Positions 11,279-27,679 of a DNA stretch of 64,000 nucleotides are shown piece after piece. Origin of the DNA: the human T2T-CHM13v2.0 reference genome, Homo sapiens; assembly GCF_009914755.1 (NCBI RefSeq), contig NC_060936.1. One strand, 5' to 3'. The translations under genes were made by a program, and so were the position numbers. The stretch's first letter is position 1; each line of letters starts with the position of its first letter. The notes beneath the pieces are model-generated. The model did no database searches. It saw only the letters and a program-made list of their open reading frames with translations, and was not told the DNA's origin.

Positions 11279-14200
11279 ACATGCTGTCGTTTACAATTAG
11301 GTAGCTTTCAAAAGGCAGGGGCCGGCGATCAGCCTTTTATGCATCTAATCTTGGGTAACAAGGACTGGCTGTAATGAACTGTAATGATAACTCCATTATA
11401 ACTTCAGCTAAAGTATGTGTTGCATATTGTTTTCTTCGTAAATGTTAAACAGGAAGTAAGCATCATTTAGGACAAGGAATTCTCAGAAAAAAAAAATAAA
11501 CACCACATTGAACGTTTACACAAATTTTAGTGGAACTTACTTTGGCGCAATGCCTAACAGAGTAAGTTACTAACTCTCTTTTTTATTCCTTAAAGAAAGA
11601 AAGAAAATAAATGAATTTACAGTAATGTTGGAGTTTTCAGGCCTATTGAAGATTTGGGATAGATTGTGCTAGAACAGATTGACATTGACAGATTTCAAGT
11701 TCCTTTTGCAAGTTATTTTACTTTGTATTTTAAAGAGGCAATATGTTTATAAAGCAATCAAATTAGCCTATTTGTGGCATATAAACTTTTTATATAATAA
11801 AGCTGGGAAAAAGAAACTCTAATTTCTTTACCAGCTTGAGGGCAATTGACTCTAATACAAGAGGGTTCCTAATCATTAACATATATGTTTATTTGCATTC
11901 ATAAACTTGAAATGCATATTCAGTTGTCTTATTTGGTATTTAATAGTAGGGGGATATCCTAAATCAAAATTACTTTAATTTATATAATTGTAATCATTTC
12001 AATGTTTTTGGAGGGGGAGATAATCCTAAAAACTAAAATTTAAAAGATGAAACTATTCATTATTCCTGCTGTATAACAGATGGTGAATGCAGGCACATAA
12101 TAATAGGCAGTGTGGCAATACTGAGCACAATGACCAGATCAGGACAGATGCTTAAAAATATTTTAAAAAAATAATTAGAGTAATTGTTTTGTATGACTCG
12201 AAGAAAGAATCGGGTTAAATAATAGAGGGCACAGGGCCAGCGAATTAAAGCACATCACTTGATTTTGTGTTTCAAATAACTGCCTTGGAGTAAATGAGCT
12301 CCTCAGACCAATTTCTGACACAAGGCCTACACCTCACAGCCTTCCTGTTCTTCTGCATTCCTGCAAGGGCTCTTGCACGTAGACCTTCAGTTCGCTTGTG
12401 AACTGTTGCTCTCTAGTGGTGGTGTGAGGCCTTAAGGAAACACCTGCTACTGTGTGGTCAGGAGGTAAAGTGCTGGGCTCTCATGTTGTCCTCCCTGTAA
12501 ACACCTTCCTTTCTGCGTTTGGACACCTTCACCAGATTCTATTTTCCATTTGATCATTAGTCAAACACTTATTAGACAAACAAGTGGGCCAGAAACTGAC
12601 AGATGTTAGAAATACACAAATAAAAGTTATAGACTCTTCTATTTCATGTGTTTCATAAAGTATTAATGGTATATAAATTAAAAAATAGAAATTAGGTAAG
12701 AATAACCTCCATCACCGATATTTGACATTTCCTTTCTCAATTATAAATCATTGATCTTAAGTTATTGTTCTTTCAATATCTGAAACATTCTAGGTATTAA
12801 ATTGATATTGAGTGAGTGAATGAGTGAAAGAATGAATGCGTGTATGGTAGAAGCTATTTTGGGGAAAACGGTCTTCAATGCTCAGGTATTATTAAGAGCA
12901 AAGCTGCTTTCTCTATCTATGTAGTGTTTATGACCAAGAGAAAAGGCTTAGATATATGAGCAGAAACAGAGGATTTTGCAGTTTATTTTCTAAACTTTGG
13001 TCTTTTGTACTTTATGTGAATGTTCAATCACATGGTTTTAATATATTTTTCATATATGTTTCAACTTTGTATGATGTGAAATCACAGAAATTATATCATC
13101 TGTTGTATTTTATTATATAATATCTATTTTTTGATCCCATAGAAGTACCAGGGTGTTTTTTTTTTTTCCTTTCAGGGGTCATTGTTTGCATAAAAAGAAA
13201 AAAAAAACTAATTTAACTAGATATTTAAGTGATTTGCAAAGCAGTGTGTTTCCAGCTGTTGAAGGACTAAGGTTTTAAGAGAGTATAGAACCGATTGTAC
13301 TACTCATTAGTCTAGGGAAAGCTTGTGTGGAGAAACAGCTCCATGAAGTCAGATTTGAGGCCTCTAAGTCCTAGCCCCAGAATTTTACTATCTCTAGGTA
13401 ACTTTGGAGAATAATATGATTCTTCTTATGTTTCTATTCTTCGTTTTCAAACAAGGTTAACAATCTAAGCTGCAACTAAAGTGTGATAAGAGGTTCTAAT
13501 GATATAATGCATGTAGAATACATGTAGAAATCACTTCATGTTTGAATTACCACTACCAATGCTCAATCAGAAAAAGTATCTTAATATCCACCTTTGTCTT
13601 GTCAATTTGTTCCCTTTCTGTTCTATCAGATGTAGTTCTAGAGATTTCTAAGCCTTGCCATCATACACTTTTTCTCTATATTTGAGCTTAGCCTGTATTG
13701 TAAATATAAAATCCTTTGAGGCAGTTGAAGCTTTTACTAATATCTTTATTCTCCAGTATCTAGCACATTAGCTGACAAGCAATAAGTTCTTGATTTATTA
13801 ATTTATAATGTATAGGCATTTAATATTAACTTTTAAAATAATTAGACAATGAATATATAAATTCAGAGCACATATCCATTAAAGGCATGTAAGCAAACAC
13901 ATTACAAACATCTATAAGAAAAGGGCCCCATAATTATTTAAAAAAGTGATTATGTGATATTTTATAGTTTTGTGCCTCAAGAATATATTTTTTGCAGCTC
14001 ATGTATTTTTAATATGCACACTTTTTATTTAAATCTTGTATTTTATTTAAATCTTTTATTTATTTAATTATTTAAACTACGCATTTTAAGGGTCTTCCAT
14101 GCCTTTTCATAGCTTGATAGCCCATTTCATTTTAGTGATGAAGAATGTTCCATTGTCTGAATGTACCACAGTTTATCCATTCACCTACTGAAAGACATCT

Positions 14201-15023
14201 TGGTTTCTTCCAAGGTTTGGCAATTATGAATAAAGCTGCTGTAAACATTCATGAGCAGGCTTTTGTGTGGACATAAGTTGTCGACTCATTTGGATAAAGA
14301 CCAAGAAGTGGGATTACTGGATTATATGGTAAGAATGTGTTTAGTTTTCTAAGAAACTGTCAACATGTTTTCCAAGTGGCTGTGCCATTTTGCATTTCAA
14401 TCAGCAAAGAATGAAAGTCCTATTGCTCCACATCTTTATCAGCATTTGGTGTTGTTCATATTTTGGATTTTGACATTTCTAATTGGTGTGTAAATGTTTT
14501 CAAAGAAAATTTTAAATTTCAATAGCTTTTGGAGTACAAGTGATTTTTGGTCACATGGATGAATTTATATAGTGGTGAATTCTGAGATTTTATTACACTC
14601 ATCAATCACCCAAGTAGTGCACTCTTTACCCAATATGTAGTTTTTTATTCCAAAACCCCTCCTATTCTTCCCCTTCTGAGTCTCCAAAGTCCATTATATC
14701 ACTCTGTGCGCCTTTGTATACTCATAACTTAACTCCCACTTATAAGTGAGAACATATAGTAATTGGTTTTTCTGTAATAGCATGTTTTAATGTGAAATTA
14801 CCTAATGACATATGATATTGATCATATTTTAATAAGGTTATTTTCCATTTGTATATCTTCTTAACAAGGTATCTGTTCAGATCTTTGGCCCATTTTTTAA
14901 TCAGGTAATTCATTTTCTTATTGTTGAGCTTTAAGAGTTATTTATCTATTTTGGATTACAGTCCTTTATCTGATATGTCTTTTGTTAAGTATTTTCTTTT
15001 GGTCTGTGGCTTATCTTTTCATT

Positions 15024-17567
<2,544 letters not shown>

Positions 17568-19342
17568 CTTTTCATTGTTTTGACAGTATCTTGGGCAGAG
17601 TAGAAGTCTTTAAGTCTTTAGTTTGAAAAAAGTTCAGTTTATTAATCCTTTCTTTCATAAATCATATCTTTGGTGTTGTATCTAAAAAATTCTCATACCC
17701 AACATCATCTAGATTTTATTTTAAGTTTTATTCTATGAGTTTTATGGTTTTGTGTTTTACATTTTTTCATAAAATTTATTTTGAGTTAATTTTTGAGAAG
17801 AGTACAAATTCTGTCTGTTTTTATTTAAAAATTTTTCTCTTCTTCTTATTTTTTGCTTGTGGATGTCCAGTTCCAGCATCACTGTTATAAAGAAGATCCT
17901 TTGCTCCTTTGTACTCTCTTGCTGCCTTGTCAAAGATCAGTTTACTGCATTTATGTGAGTCTACATCTGGGCTGTCCATTCTGTTCCCTTGATCTGTTTG
18001 TCTTTTCTTTAGTTAACAACACACTCTTGATTACTGCAGCTTTATACTAAGTCTTGAAGTCAAGTAATGTCAGTCCAAATTTGTTCTTCTCTTTCAATAT
18101 TGTGTTGGCTTTTCTGTTTCTTTTCCCTCTCCATATAAACCTTAGAATAACTTTGTTGATATCCTGGAAATAACTTGCTGGGATTTAACATTTTGAGGCA
18201 TTGCCAAACTGTTTACCAAAGTGGCTACACCATTTTACATTCTCATTAGCAAGGTAGCTAGGTCTGATTTTTCTCCATCCTTATCAATACTTGTTATTGT
18301 CTGTCTTTTTTATTATAGCTATCCTAGTGGGCATGAAATGATATCTTATTATGGTTTTCATTTGTGTTTCTTTAATAACTATGTTCTTGATAATCATTCA
18401 TGGCCTTTTTTCAATTTGTGTCTTTTATGTCTTCTTGGGAGAAATGTCTTTTCAGATCTTTTGCCTATATTTTAATGGGGTAATGTATCTTTTAAATAAT
18501 GAATTGTAGGAGTTCTTTATATATTCTTCTTTCAAGTCCTCCATCAGATATATGATATGCAAAAATTTTCTCACATTATGGGTTATCCTTTCACTTTTTT
18601 GATAGTATTATGTTAAGCAAAAATGTTTTTAATTTTGAGGAAGTTCAATTTATCTGTTTTTTCTTTGATTATTTGTGCGATTAGTGTAATATCTAAAGAA
18701 ACTATTTCTAAAACAGATTATGAAGATTTATGGTCATTTTTCACTTAAAAGTTTTATTGTTTTTCTGTTACTTTAGGTTGTTGATTTTTTTGATTTAAAT
18801 TGTATATGGTGTAGCAAGAGGTTTAACTTTATGTTTTGTATATGAATATCCAGTTGTTCAAGAATCATTTGTTCAAATACTTCTCTGAGAGTAGATATCC
18901 TTGTCTTGTTCCTGATCTTATAGGGAAAGCCTCAAGTCTGTTATACCAAGTATAACACCAAATGTGTTTTTTTGTAGATGTTCTGTATCAGATTGAAAAA
19001 GTTCCCTTACCTTAATCATTTGTTGACTGTTTTCAGCATAGAAGAGTGTTTTTATATGTCAGTTGGGAAGATCATATTGTTTTGATGTTTTATTTTATTG
19101 ATATGGTATATTAAATTAATATATTTTTGGATGTTCAACCAATTTTGCATTTCTGAGATACATTCTATTTGATCATTGTGTAATACTTTTTGTGTATTGT
19201 TTGATTCAATTTGCTAATATTTTATTGACAATTTTTATATCTATAGTAATAAGAGCCTGTAGTTTTCTTTTCTTGTAATTTTTTAACATAGTATTATATT
19301 ATTATCAGTGTGTTGTTGGCTTCAAGAAATGAGTTGGGAAAT

Positions 19343-19748
19343 TGTGATTATCTATTCCTGCTGCTGTAACAAAATACCTTAGACTGGGCAATTTATAAAT
19401 AATAGAAATTTATTTCTTACAATTCTGGAGGCTCAGAAGCCCAAAATCAAGCTGCTAGCAGGCTCAATGTCCAGTAAAGGCCTGGTCTCTGCTTCCAAGA
19501 TGACACATTGACATCTTGTGTGTCCCTTCTGTCTCACGTGACAGAAGGGACAAAAGGGCAAGAGGGATGGAAGGGCCCAAAGGACCCAAGCTAATTCCCT
19601 CCAGCCCTTTTAATAAGGTCACCAATCATGAGAGCAGAGCCCTTTTGGACTAATCACCTCCAAAAGGTCCCACCTTTTAATACTATTGCGTTGATGATTA
19701 TATTTCAACATGAATTTTGAAGGGAGCACAGACATTCAAACCATAGCA
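19343..19748 (-). mobile_element. MaLR LTR (MST/MLT1A-like)
   Basis: tg...ctgctgtaacaaaatacc...cacagacattcaaaccatagca, the typical antisense MaLR LTR ends. Confidence 0.8.
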
Positions 19749-20884
19749 GAATGTTCTCTCTTGTTATAGTTTTTTGGAAGAGTTTGTGCAAGATTTGTAT
19801 TAATTTTTTTAATAATTGGTAGAATTCACCAGATAAGTAATCTGGATCTGGACTTTTCCTTAGGAAGTTTTAAAACCACTGATTTAATTTCTTTACTTTT
19901 ATATTTCTATGTGGTTTTTCTATTTCTTTGAGACTTTTCATCAGTTGAATCTCTCAAAAAAATTTTTTTGTTTCATTTAAGTAATCTAATTTGTAATACT
20001 TGATTGTTTGTATTACTCCTTTACAATTCTTTTTTTGTCTTTTTAAAGTTGCTGTAAAGTCAGTAGTTATGTTCCCCTCTTTCATTCCTGATTTTGGTGG
20101 TATTTTCCGTATTTTCTTGGTCAGTCTACCTAAAGTTTAGTTGAGTTTGTTGATATCTTCAAAGAATTAACTTTTGTTTTGTTGATTTTATCTATTGATT
20201 TCTATTCTCTATTTCATTTATTTATACTGTAATCTTTCTTTTTCCCTTCTTTCTGCTTGCTTTAGGCTTATTTCGTTGTACATTTTACTTTAATATTATT
20301 ATTCCTTAAGGTGGTAGCTTAGGTTATTATTTGAGATTTCTTCTATTTTAATAGTATAGCATTGTAGGTGTAAATATTACTGTAAGAACTGCTTTGTTTG
20401 CATCCTATAATTTTTATATGTTTGCTTTATTTTTCATTTATCTCAAAGTATTTTCTAATTTTCCTTGTGATTTTTGTCTTTGATCCATTGACAAACCTAG
20501 CTGTAAGTTGTTTAAGTTCCACATATTTGTAAATGTCAAAAATTCTATCTTTTTTGATATCTAATTTTATTGCATTGTTGTAGGAAGACATAATTTATAT
20601 GATTTCAATTTTTTAAAATGTGTTGAGGCTAGCCCAGGTCGCTTAATACTGGCTCTGCATTTGGTATCATTTTACAGACTTTTACTTTCAACTTATTTTT
20701 ATCTGAATCTGAAGTTTCTTATGTAGATGGCATATAGTTGGATTGTGTTCATTTAATCCAGTTTGACAATCTGAGCCTTTTGATTGGCTAATCCATTTCC
20801 GTTTACTAGAACTATTAACATGGCTGGTTTTATGTCTGCCATTTTCAGTTTTCTGCGTGTCTCAAGTCATTTTTGTTTCATTTT

Positions 20885-21179
20885 TCTATTTTTTTTAGAG
20901 ACAGGGTCTGATTCTGTTGCCCAGACTGGAGTACAGTGGTGTAATCACGGCTCATTGCAACCTTAACCTCTTGGGCTCAAGCAATCCTTCGCTTTAGCCT
21001 TCTTAGTAGCTGAGACGACAGGCACATGCCACTATGCCTGGCTAACTTTTAAAAGCATTTTGTAGAGACAGGGCCTTGACCTGTTGCCCAGGCTGGTCTC
21101 AAACTCCTGACCTCAAATGACCCTTCTGCCCAGCTTCTCAAAGTGCTCAGATTACAAGTATGAGCTACCATGCCTGGCC
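20885..21179 (-). mobile_element. AluJ-type SINE
   Basis: T-rich tail, gagacagggtct..., ending tgcctggcc. Confidence 0.85.
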
Positions 21180-24100
21180 TATGTCTTCTGTTTTCTATTT
21201 ACTTAATTTTTTTTGGCGTTAATGTAATACCTCCTAGTTTAACTTTAATTTCTTTAAAGATTTTTTTAGTACACTTTTCAGGTTTCCTTTTAATGTTTAC
21301 TGTAGGGCTTATGATGTACAATTAACTTATAAGAATCTATTTGAGATATATACTACCTTAATTTCAGTAGGATCTAGAAAATCACTCATATGATTTTAAT
21401 CCTTTTGCCTTTTTTGGTGCTGTTTATACATATTATGTCTTTATATGTTACAGACCAAAGAATAAATTATTGTGTTATTACTTTATATAATTTTATGTCT
21501 TTTAAAAAAGAAAACAAGTAAACATTTTTAGATTTTGCTATATTAACCTTCTTACTTACTATTCTGAGTTTTCCTTATTTCTTCTTTAAGATATTATCTT
21601 CATTTCTTTGTTTCTCAGGTATCTGATACAGTTGACTTACTCCAATATAAGTGTTTCTCTCATCTTCCTCCATTGTGCAGCTATCGTCAAACACATCATA
21701 TTTCTATTTGTTATACACTCAACATTACAATTGTTTGCACATTGTTTTATACAACTGACTTCTAATAAGTTAAAAGAAGAAAGGAAAGAAATATACAATT
21801 ATACTATCTTATATACTTAGCTACATATTTACTAATATTTGTTTATTCCTGTTGATTCAAGTTACTGTTGAGTGTCATTTGCTTTCACTCTTAAGAATAT
21901 TTTTTAGTATTTCTTACAAAGTAAGTCTGCTATCAATGGCTTTTCTCAGTTTACTTTTTTGCGGGGAGGGGTGTTCATTTCACTGTCATGTTTGAAAGAT
22001 AATACAGATAGTGTAACCAGACATAAGACTCTTAGTTGACAGAGTTTTTAAATTTTTAAAATGTAATTTAACTTTTATTTTTACTCAGCACACTGAATAT
22101 GTCATTCCTATGTTAACTATTATTAACTAATAAAAGCAACCATCAAGCAAAAAGTAAAGGTGGGTTGGGACATTTCAACTTACAGTACCAATTTCTTATT
22201 AGGAACTGGATTGTATTTATAGGAACTAAAAGGGATAATTATATTTCCCCTCTAATAATGATGCTTCTGTTTTGATATGTTGGTTTATTTTGTATGTGAG
22301 TACTTCTTTTTTTTAACTAAAGTAAAACTTGCCTACAGCTCAGTGAATAAAATGCACCAATTTAAATTGTGCAGTTTAATACATTTGACATATGTGTGAA
22401 TCCATGTAATCACCATTCTGATACATTTGTGGGATAGTTCCAGTACCATAGAAAATTCCTTTGTGCTCCTTCCTGATTAATGCCTTTCCCCCAATGTGTT
22501 TGTAAAAGTAAGAAGAAATAATTGGTCTAAAATAAATCTCACTCCACTTGCTTCTTTGAGTCAAATTTACTTGCTTTTTGATTTTTTTTTCAGAATAACA
22601 GTGATTTCAAATAATTAGAACTTATGCCCTAGTTGTAATAACAGGTAACTAGGTTCATGGTAATCATCTATATATCCTAATATGTTAGAAAATATATTCA
22701 CTTAAAGTTAACTAGCTTAAAGATCAATGACAGGATGGTAAGAAAACAGTAGGCTCAAAAAAGACCCGCATCCTCCCCAAAAGCAGGAGTGAATGCTAAC
22801 AGTAGTTTCTCCATGTACCACAGAATGCTGCAATCATGCAGCCTTGGTTTGGTAGACGTTTGAATCAAAGAGCTTTAGGCAAGAGTTGGCAGAGTGCAAT
22901 ATTAAAAATATAGTTAGCTAAGTCTTAGTAAATATCCATATGTGTAATATGAGTAAGCAGGCAAGTCATGCTAGAATGACCTCGTATTCTTGGTGTTAAA
23001 AGACTTATCACATTAATGGTTTTGGAAAACAATGAATGTATCATGTATATGATTTTCACTGAGATGTATGCCACAGAATGCTATAATATCTACATGAAAG
23101 CAGTGCTACCTCAGGTTAGGTGCCATTAGTTAGGAGAGAGATCATTTTCTATATGCCAGAATGTTTTGCATTTCATTCTCTCTTACTCCACATTTTATAA
23201 ATGCTTAGGTTAATATATTCAATGTATAGATGACATACAACTTGGATATCTAATACACTGAGTAATAGAATCATAAACTCCAAACATTCTGCATTTCGGA
23301 GAAAATTGAGAGTTTAGCGAGATGAATTTTTTAAGTGTATTAAAATCTAAACTGAAGAAGTTAACAAGATGGGAAGAATTGCCTTTATTTGTAGATGTAT
23401 GCAAGAGCACTAGGGGAAATTCAATGACCAACAAGCTCAAAATAAGATTGTGTGAAGTAATGAATTTTAGGTAAAATCAATACAAATATATCTAAAAAGA
23501 AAGGGTGGGACTTTTTTCCTCCATTCCTGGCCCAATTCTTTGAAATAATTTTTATGTGATTGTTTCAAACCATCTTAACTTTCTCTTAGTTTTCCTCTGC
23601 ATACATGCACATATGTAAATGCCTACTTTTAAGAGTACAGATGAGAAAAAACAGGGATTTGAATTAGTTGAAACCGTAACTTAAGTATTATTTCCAGGAA
23701 CTAAAGCTACTTAGCCAGAATCAGGAAAAGGGCTGCTGGGAATAAGTTTGTTAACGTAAATTGTTCCAACAGCTGTCATATTGATGTTACGCTTAGTTTA
23801 CTGGCTCCAGAAGGCAGAATTGATACCAATTCTTGAAAGAAGCATCCATATACCCCAGTTAATTTTGATTATGTCATGAGATTTTGTGTAGTATTCAAAG
23901 ATAAATTGTTATTATTGTTGGAAAAAGCGGGTTACTTAGATTTAAACTTAGGTTAAGAAAATTGATTTAAAAAAATAAGTTCCACTTTCAAAAGTTGTTA
24001 TTCTATTGATAAATCTGTTTTTTTTAATGCTGCTTTATTTGATGTAAAACTACTGTTTTGAAAATATTGACTGTGCCTATGGATTAATGTATCAAACAAA

Positions 24101-25782
24101 ATCACCCCATGAATAAATCAAATATTTATTTATTTACCTGAAGTATACAAAAGGAGAATGACATAAAGATCAATTAGCAAGGTTGATAAATCTGCAAGAA
24201 ACAAGCTTCTCAGTCCTAAATTTCATCATTAAATCACTGAAACTCAGAGTTGTGAATGACAACATCTGAATAGTGAGTGTCAACATAGATTTTCTACAAG
24301 CTTGAGGGTTTTTATCTAGGAACAATTCTGTTTGTAGGTCATCCTGGATATATTCAAGGGACCATTATTTTTGGTATTATACAATATAACTTGATGTTCT
24401 CATAGTCAAATGTGAATGCATTTCTCATACTTTATCTGAATCCTCCCAAATTAACAATGTGGTCCAAGTATATTCCCAAAATTAGAGTTTCTGAGCCTGA
24501 ACGGAAGTTAAGCTCCCAGAAATCGCAGGTAGCTGTGTTAATAAGTGGTTAGAATAACTAGGGCTTATCTTTTGTGTGTCCTTTGATAAATTTAAACAAA
24601 TTAAATTCCTCTCCAAGATAGGTCTGATTCACAAACTTAATGACTATATGCTTAAATTTTCACCTATAGTTTAATGAAATGTTTGTTTTTAAAAGATGTT
24701 TGAAGTCTAAAATAGACTCCCCAAACAGTGTCTGACATGTAATAAGTCCTCAGAAAATAATTCATAAATATTGAATGACTAGTAGGATATTAAAATGTGG
24801 TCATTCCTGCTGTTTACTTTTATCTGAGGGCACAAATGTCAAGAACAATTCTATAGGTGCTAGACCTCCTATATAGGACATGCTAACAAGCTTGCAAAAG
24901 TGTTTATTTCAAATTTCGATCTATCATCTACTTTCAGAGCACATTAAGAGTTTATGAGTGTTCAGAGATTAGGAAGTGAGAATTTTTTTTATGAAGTGAC
25001 TTGCCAGTGTACTTCCCATTTCCCAATATCTTTCTGTGTCAATAAGCAAAAGAACTTCTCTTTTACCTTAAGCCAAGTTTGGATTCTGTCATATATTGGC
25101 AAGTGTCCTCTGGGAGTTGGAGGTTGCAGAGGTGAACACTTTCAGTATGTGAGTTTGTTAGAACTACACATAACCACAGAGTAAAAGCAGATGTGTAGAT
25201 TAAGCCACACTTCCAGCAATGGTGAGGCTGAAGGGAGTGTTTCCTGTGGGCCGGATGAAGATCTCATACAAAGCAGCCATTTGGGAACCATCCTAAAATA
25301 AAATTCACCTAAGACTGCTTCTTACCACAGGCAAGTCAGCCTCAATGAAAAGAAGCTGGAAGTATAGAGTAGAAAGCAAAAAAAAAAAAGGTACCTGGGG
25401 AGTTGTGAGGGGTGAGGTACAGTGATTTGTAAGCAGGATTGCCAAAGGAGACATGACACATCAGACAACTGCAGAGTACCCCAGGAGCAGAATTTCTGAA
25501 AAACCCATAGAAGTAGTCCAAAAAAAAAAAAAAAAAAAAAAAAGAGAGAAAACATTTGGAGTGTCAGCATACAGATTAAAACTGTCCAGGCTGGTAACAT
25601 CTTTATTCCGTGTTTATTTCTATTCCCTTTGTTTCACCTTCACTCATTCTGGGGATCAGGGTTGGGGAATGGAAAGAGATACTAGAGAGGGAAGAAGCTC
25701 ATGCAGAGCCCGTTATACTCACTTGCCCCCTTAATGGTCCCAAACTAAGCAGATCCAATCCAAGCTGAGAGAGAGGAAAAGT

Positions 25783-26790
<1,008 letters not shown>

Positions 26791-27330
26791 AATTAATAAC
26801 CCTGGGATACCTGACTAGTCCCTCATCCTGCTATCTATCAGATTCTGGTTTCTCATTTGTTTGTCTGTTTCTGTTATTTTACCCACAGGGAGTCTGTTTC
26901 ATGTTCCTTGGGGTATATTTTATCACCTGAAATACAGAGGATAATATTTATTACCTTAGAGAGAATGGAAAACTTATGGGAATTGCCTATGATGTGGGAA
27001 GAAATCAGTCTGACTTCCTAATAAGCAGGGGCAGTTTTGAGACAGAATATTGTTGTTGCTTTCTCTTTTAATGCAGTTTGACCGTATTTGTCAAATCAGT
27101 TACTTATTCATTTAATTTTGTAGTGTTGTTTAAGCATTTCAAATGCTTGTACACTTGGAGGATATGAGAGCATTCATCATCAAGAGGTAAAACTTCCATG
27201 GGGGATGGGCCAATCACAGAGTGGGTGGTCAGCCATTGGGTTGCCCTCCAGGCTTGGGGGAATATCCTTGCAGCAAAGTGCACTGTGGAAACCTGCTGCC
27301 AGTCTCATGGCATTCCCTCTTTTATGTCTT

Positions 27331-27443
27331 TTTATTTTTTTATTTTTTTAATTAATTAATTTATTATTATTATACTTTAAGTTTTAGGGTACATGTGCAC
27401 AATGTGCAGGTTAGTTACATATGTATACATGTGCCATGCTGGT
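27331..27443 (-). mobile_element. Severely 5'-truncated young L1PA (PA2/PA3-like) 3' end
   Basis: tatactttaagttttagggtacatgtgcacaatgtgcaggttagttac; 13-bp TSD TCTTTTATGTCTT at 27318-27330 and 27444-27456. Confidence 0.9.
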
Positions 27444-27524
27444 TCTTTTATGTCTTAACTGACATATAAATCTAACCAAAAATTCCTTCCTAAAAACCTT
27501 GTAGGATTTTAAAATTAATTAATT

Positions 27525-27674
27525 ATTTTCGAGACGGGGACTCTTTCTGTAGCCAGGCTGGAGTGCGGTGGTATGATCAGGGCTCACTGCAGCTTTTAAC
27601 TTCTGTGCATGTGATCCTCCCACCTCAGCCTCCCCAGTAGCTGGGAGTACAAGCGCAGGCCCCCACGCCCAGCT
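27525..27674 (-). mobile_element. Alu monomer (FRAM/FLAM or AluJ arm)
   Basis: Single diverged antisense Alu arm. Confidence 0.75.
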
Positions 27675-27679
27675 GGAAT

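Noticed and set aside
22594-22644. 51-nt exon-like unit (ttttttcag| ... cag|gtaact)
   Set aside because: Stop codons in all three frames and no partner exons; at most a non-coding exon.
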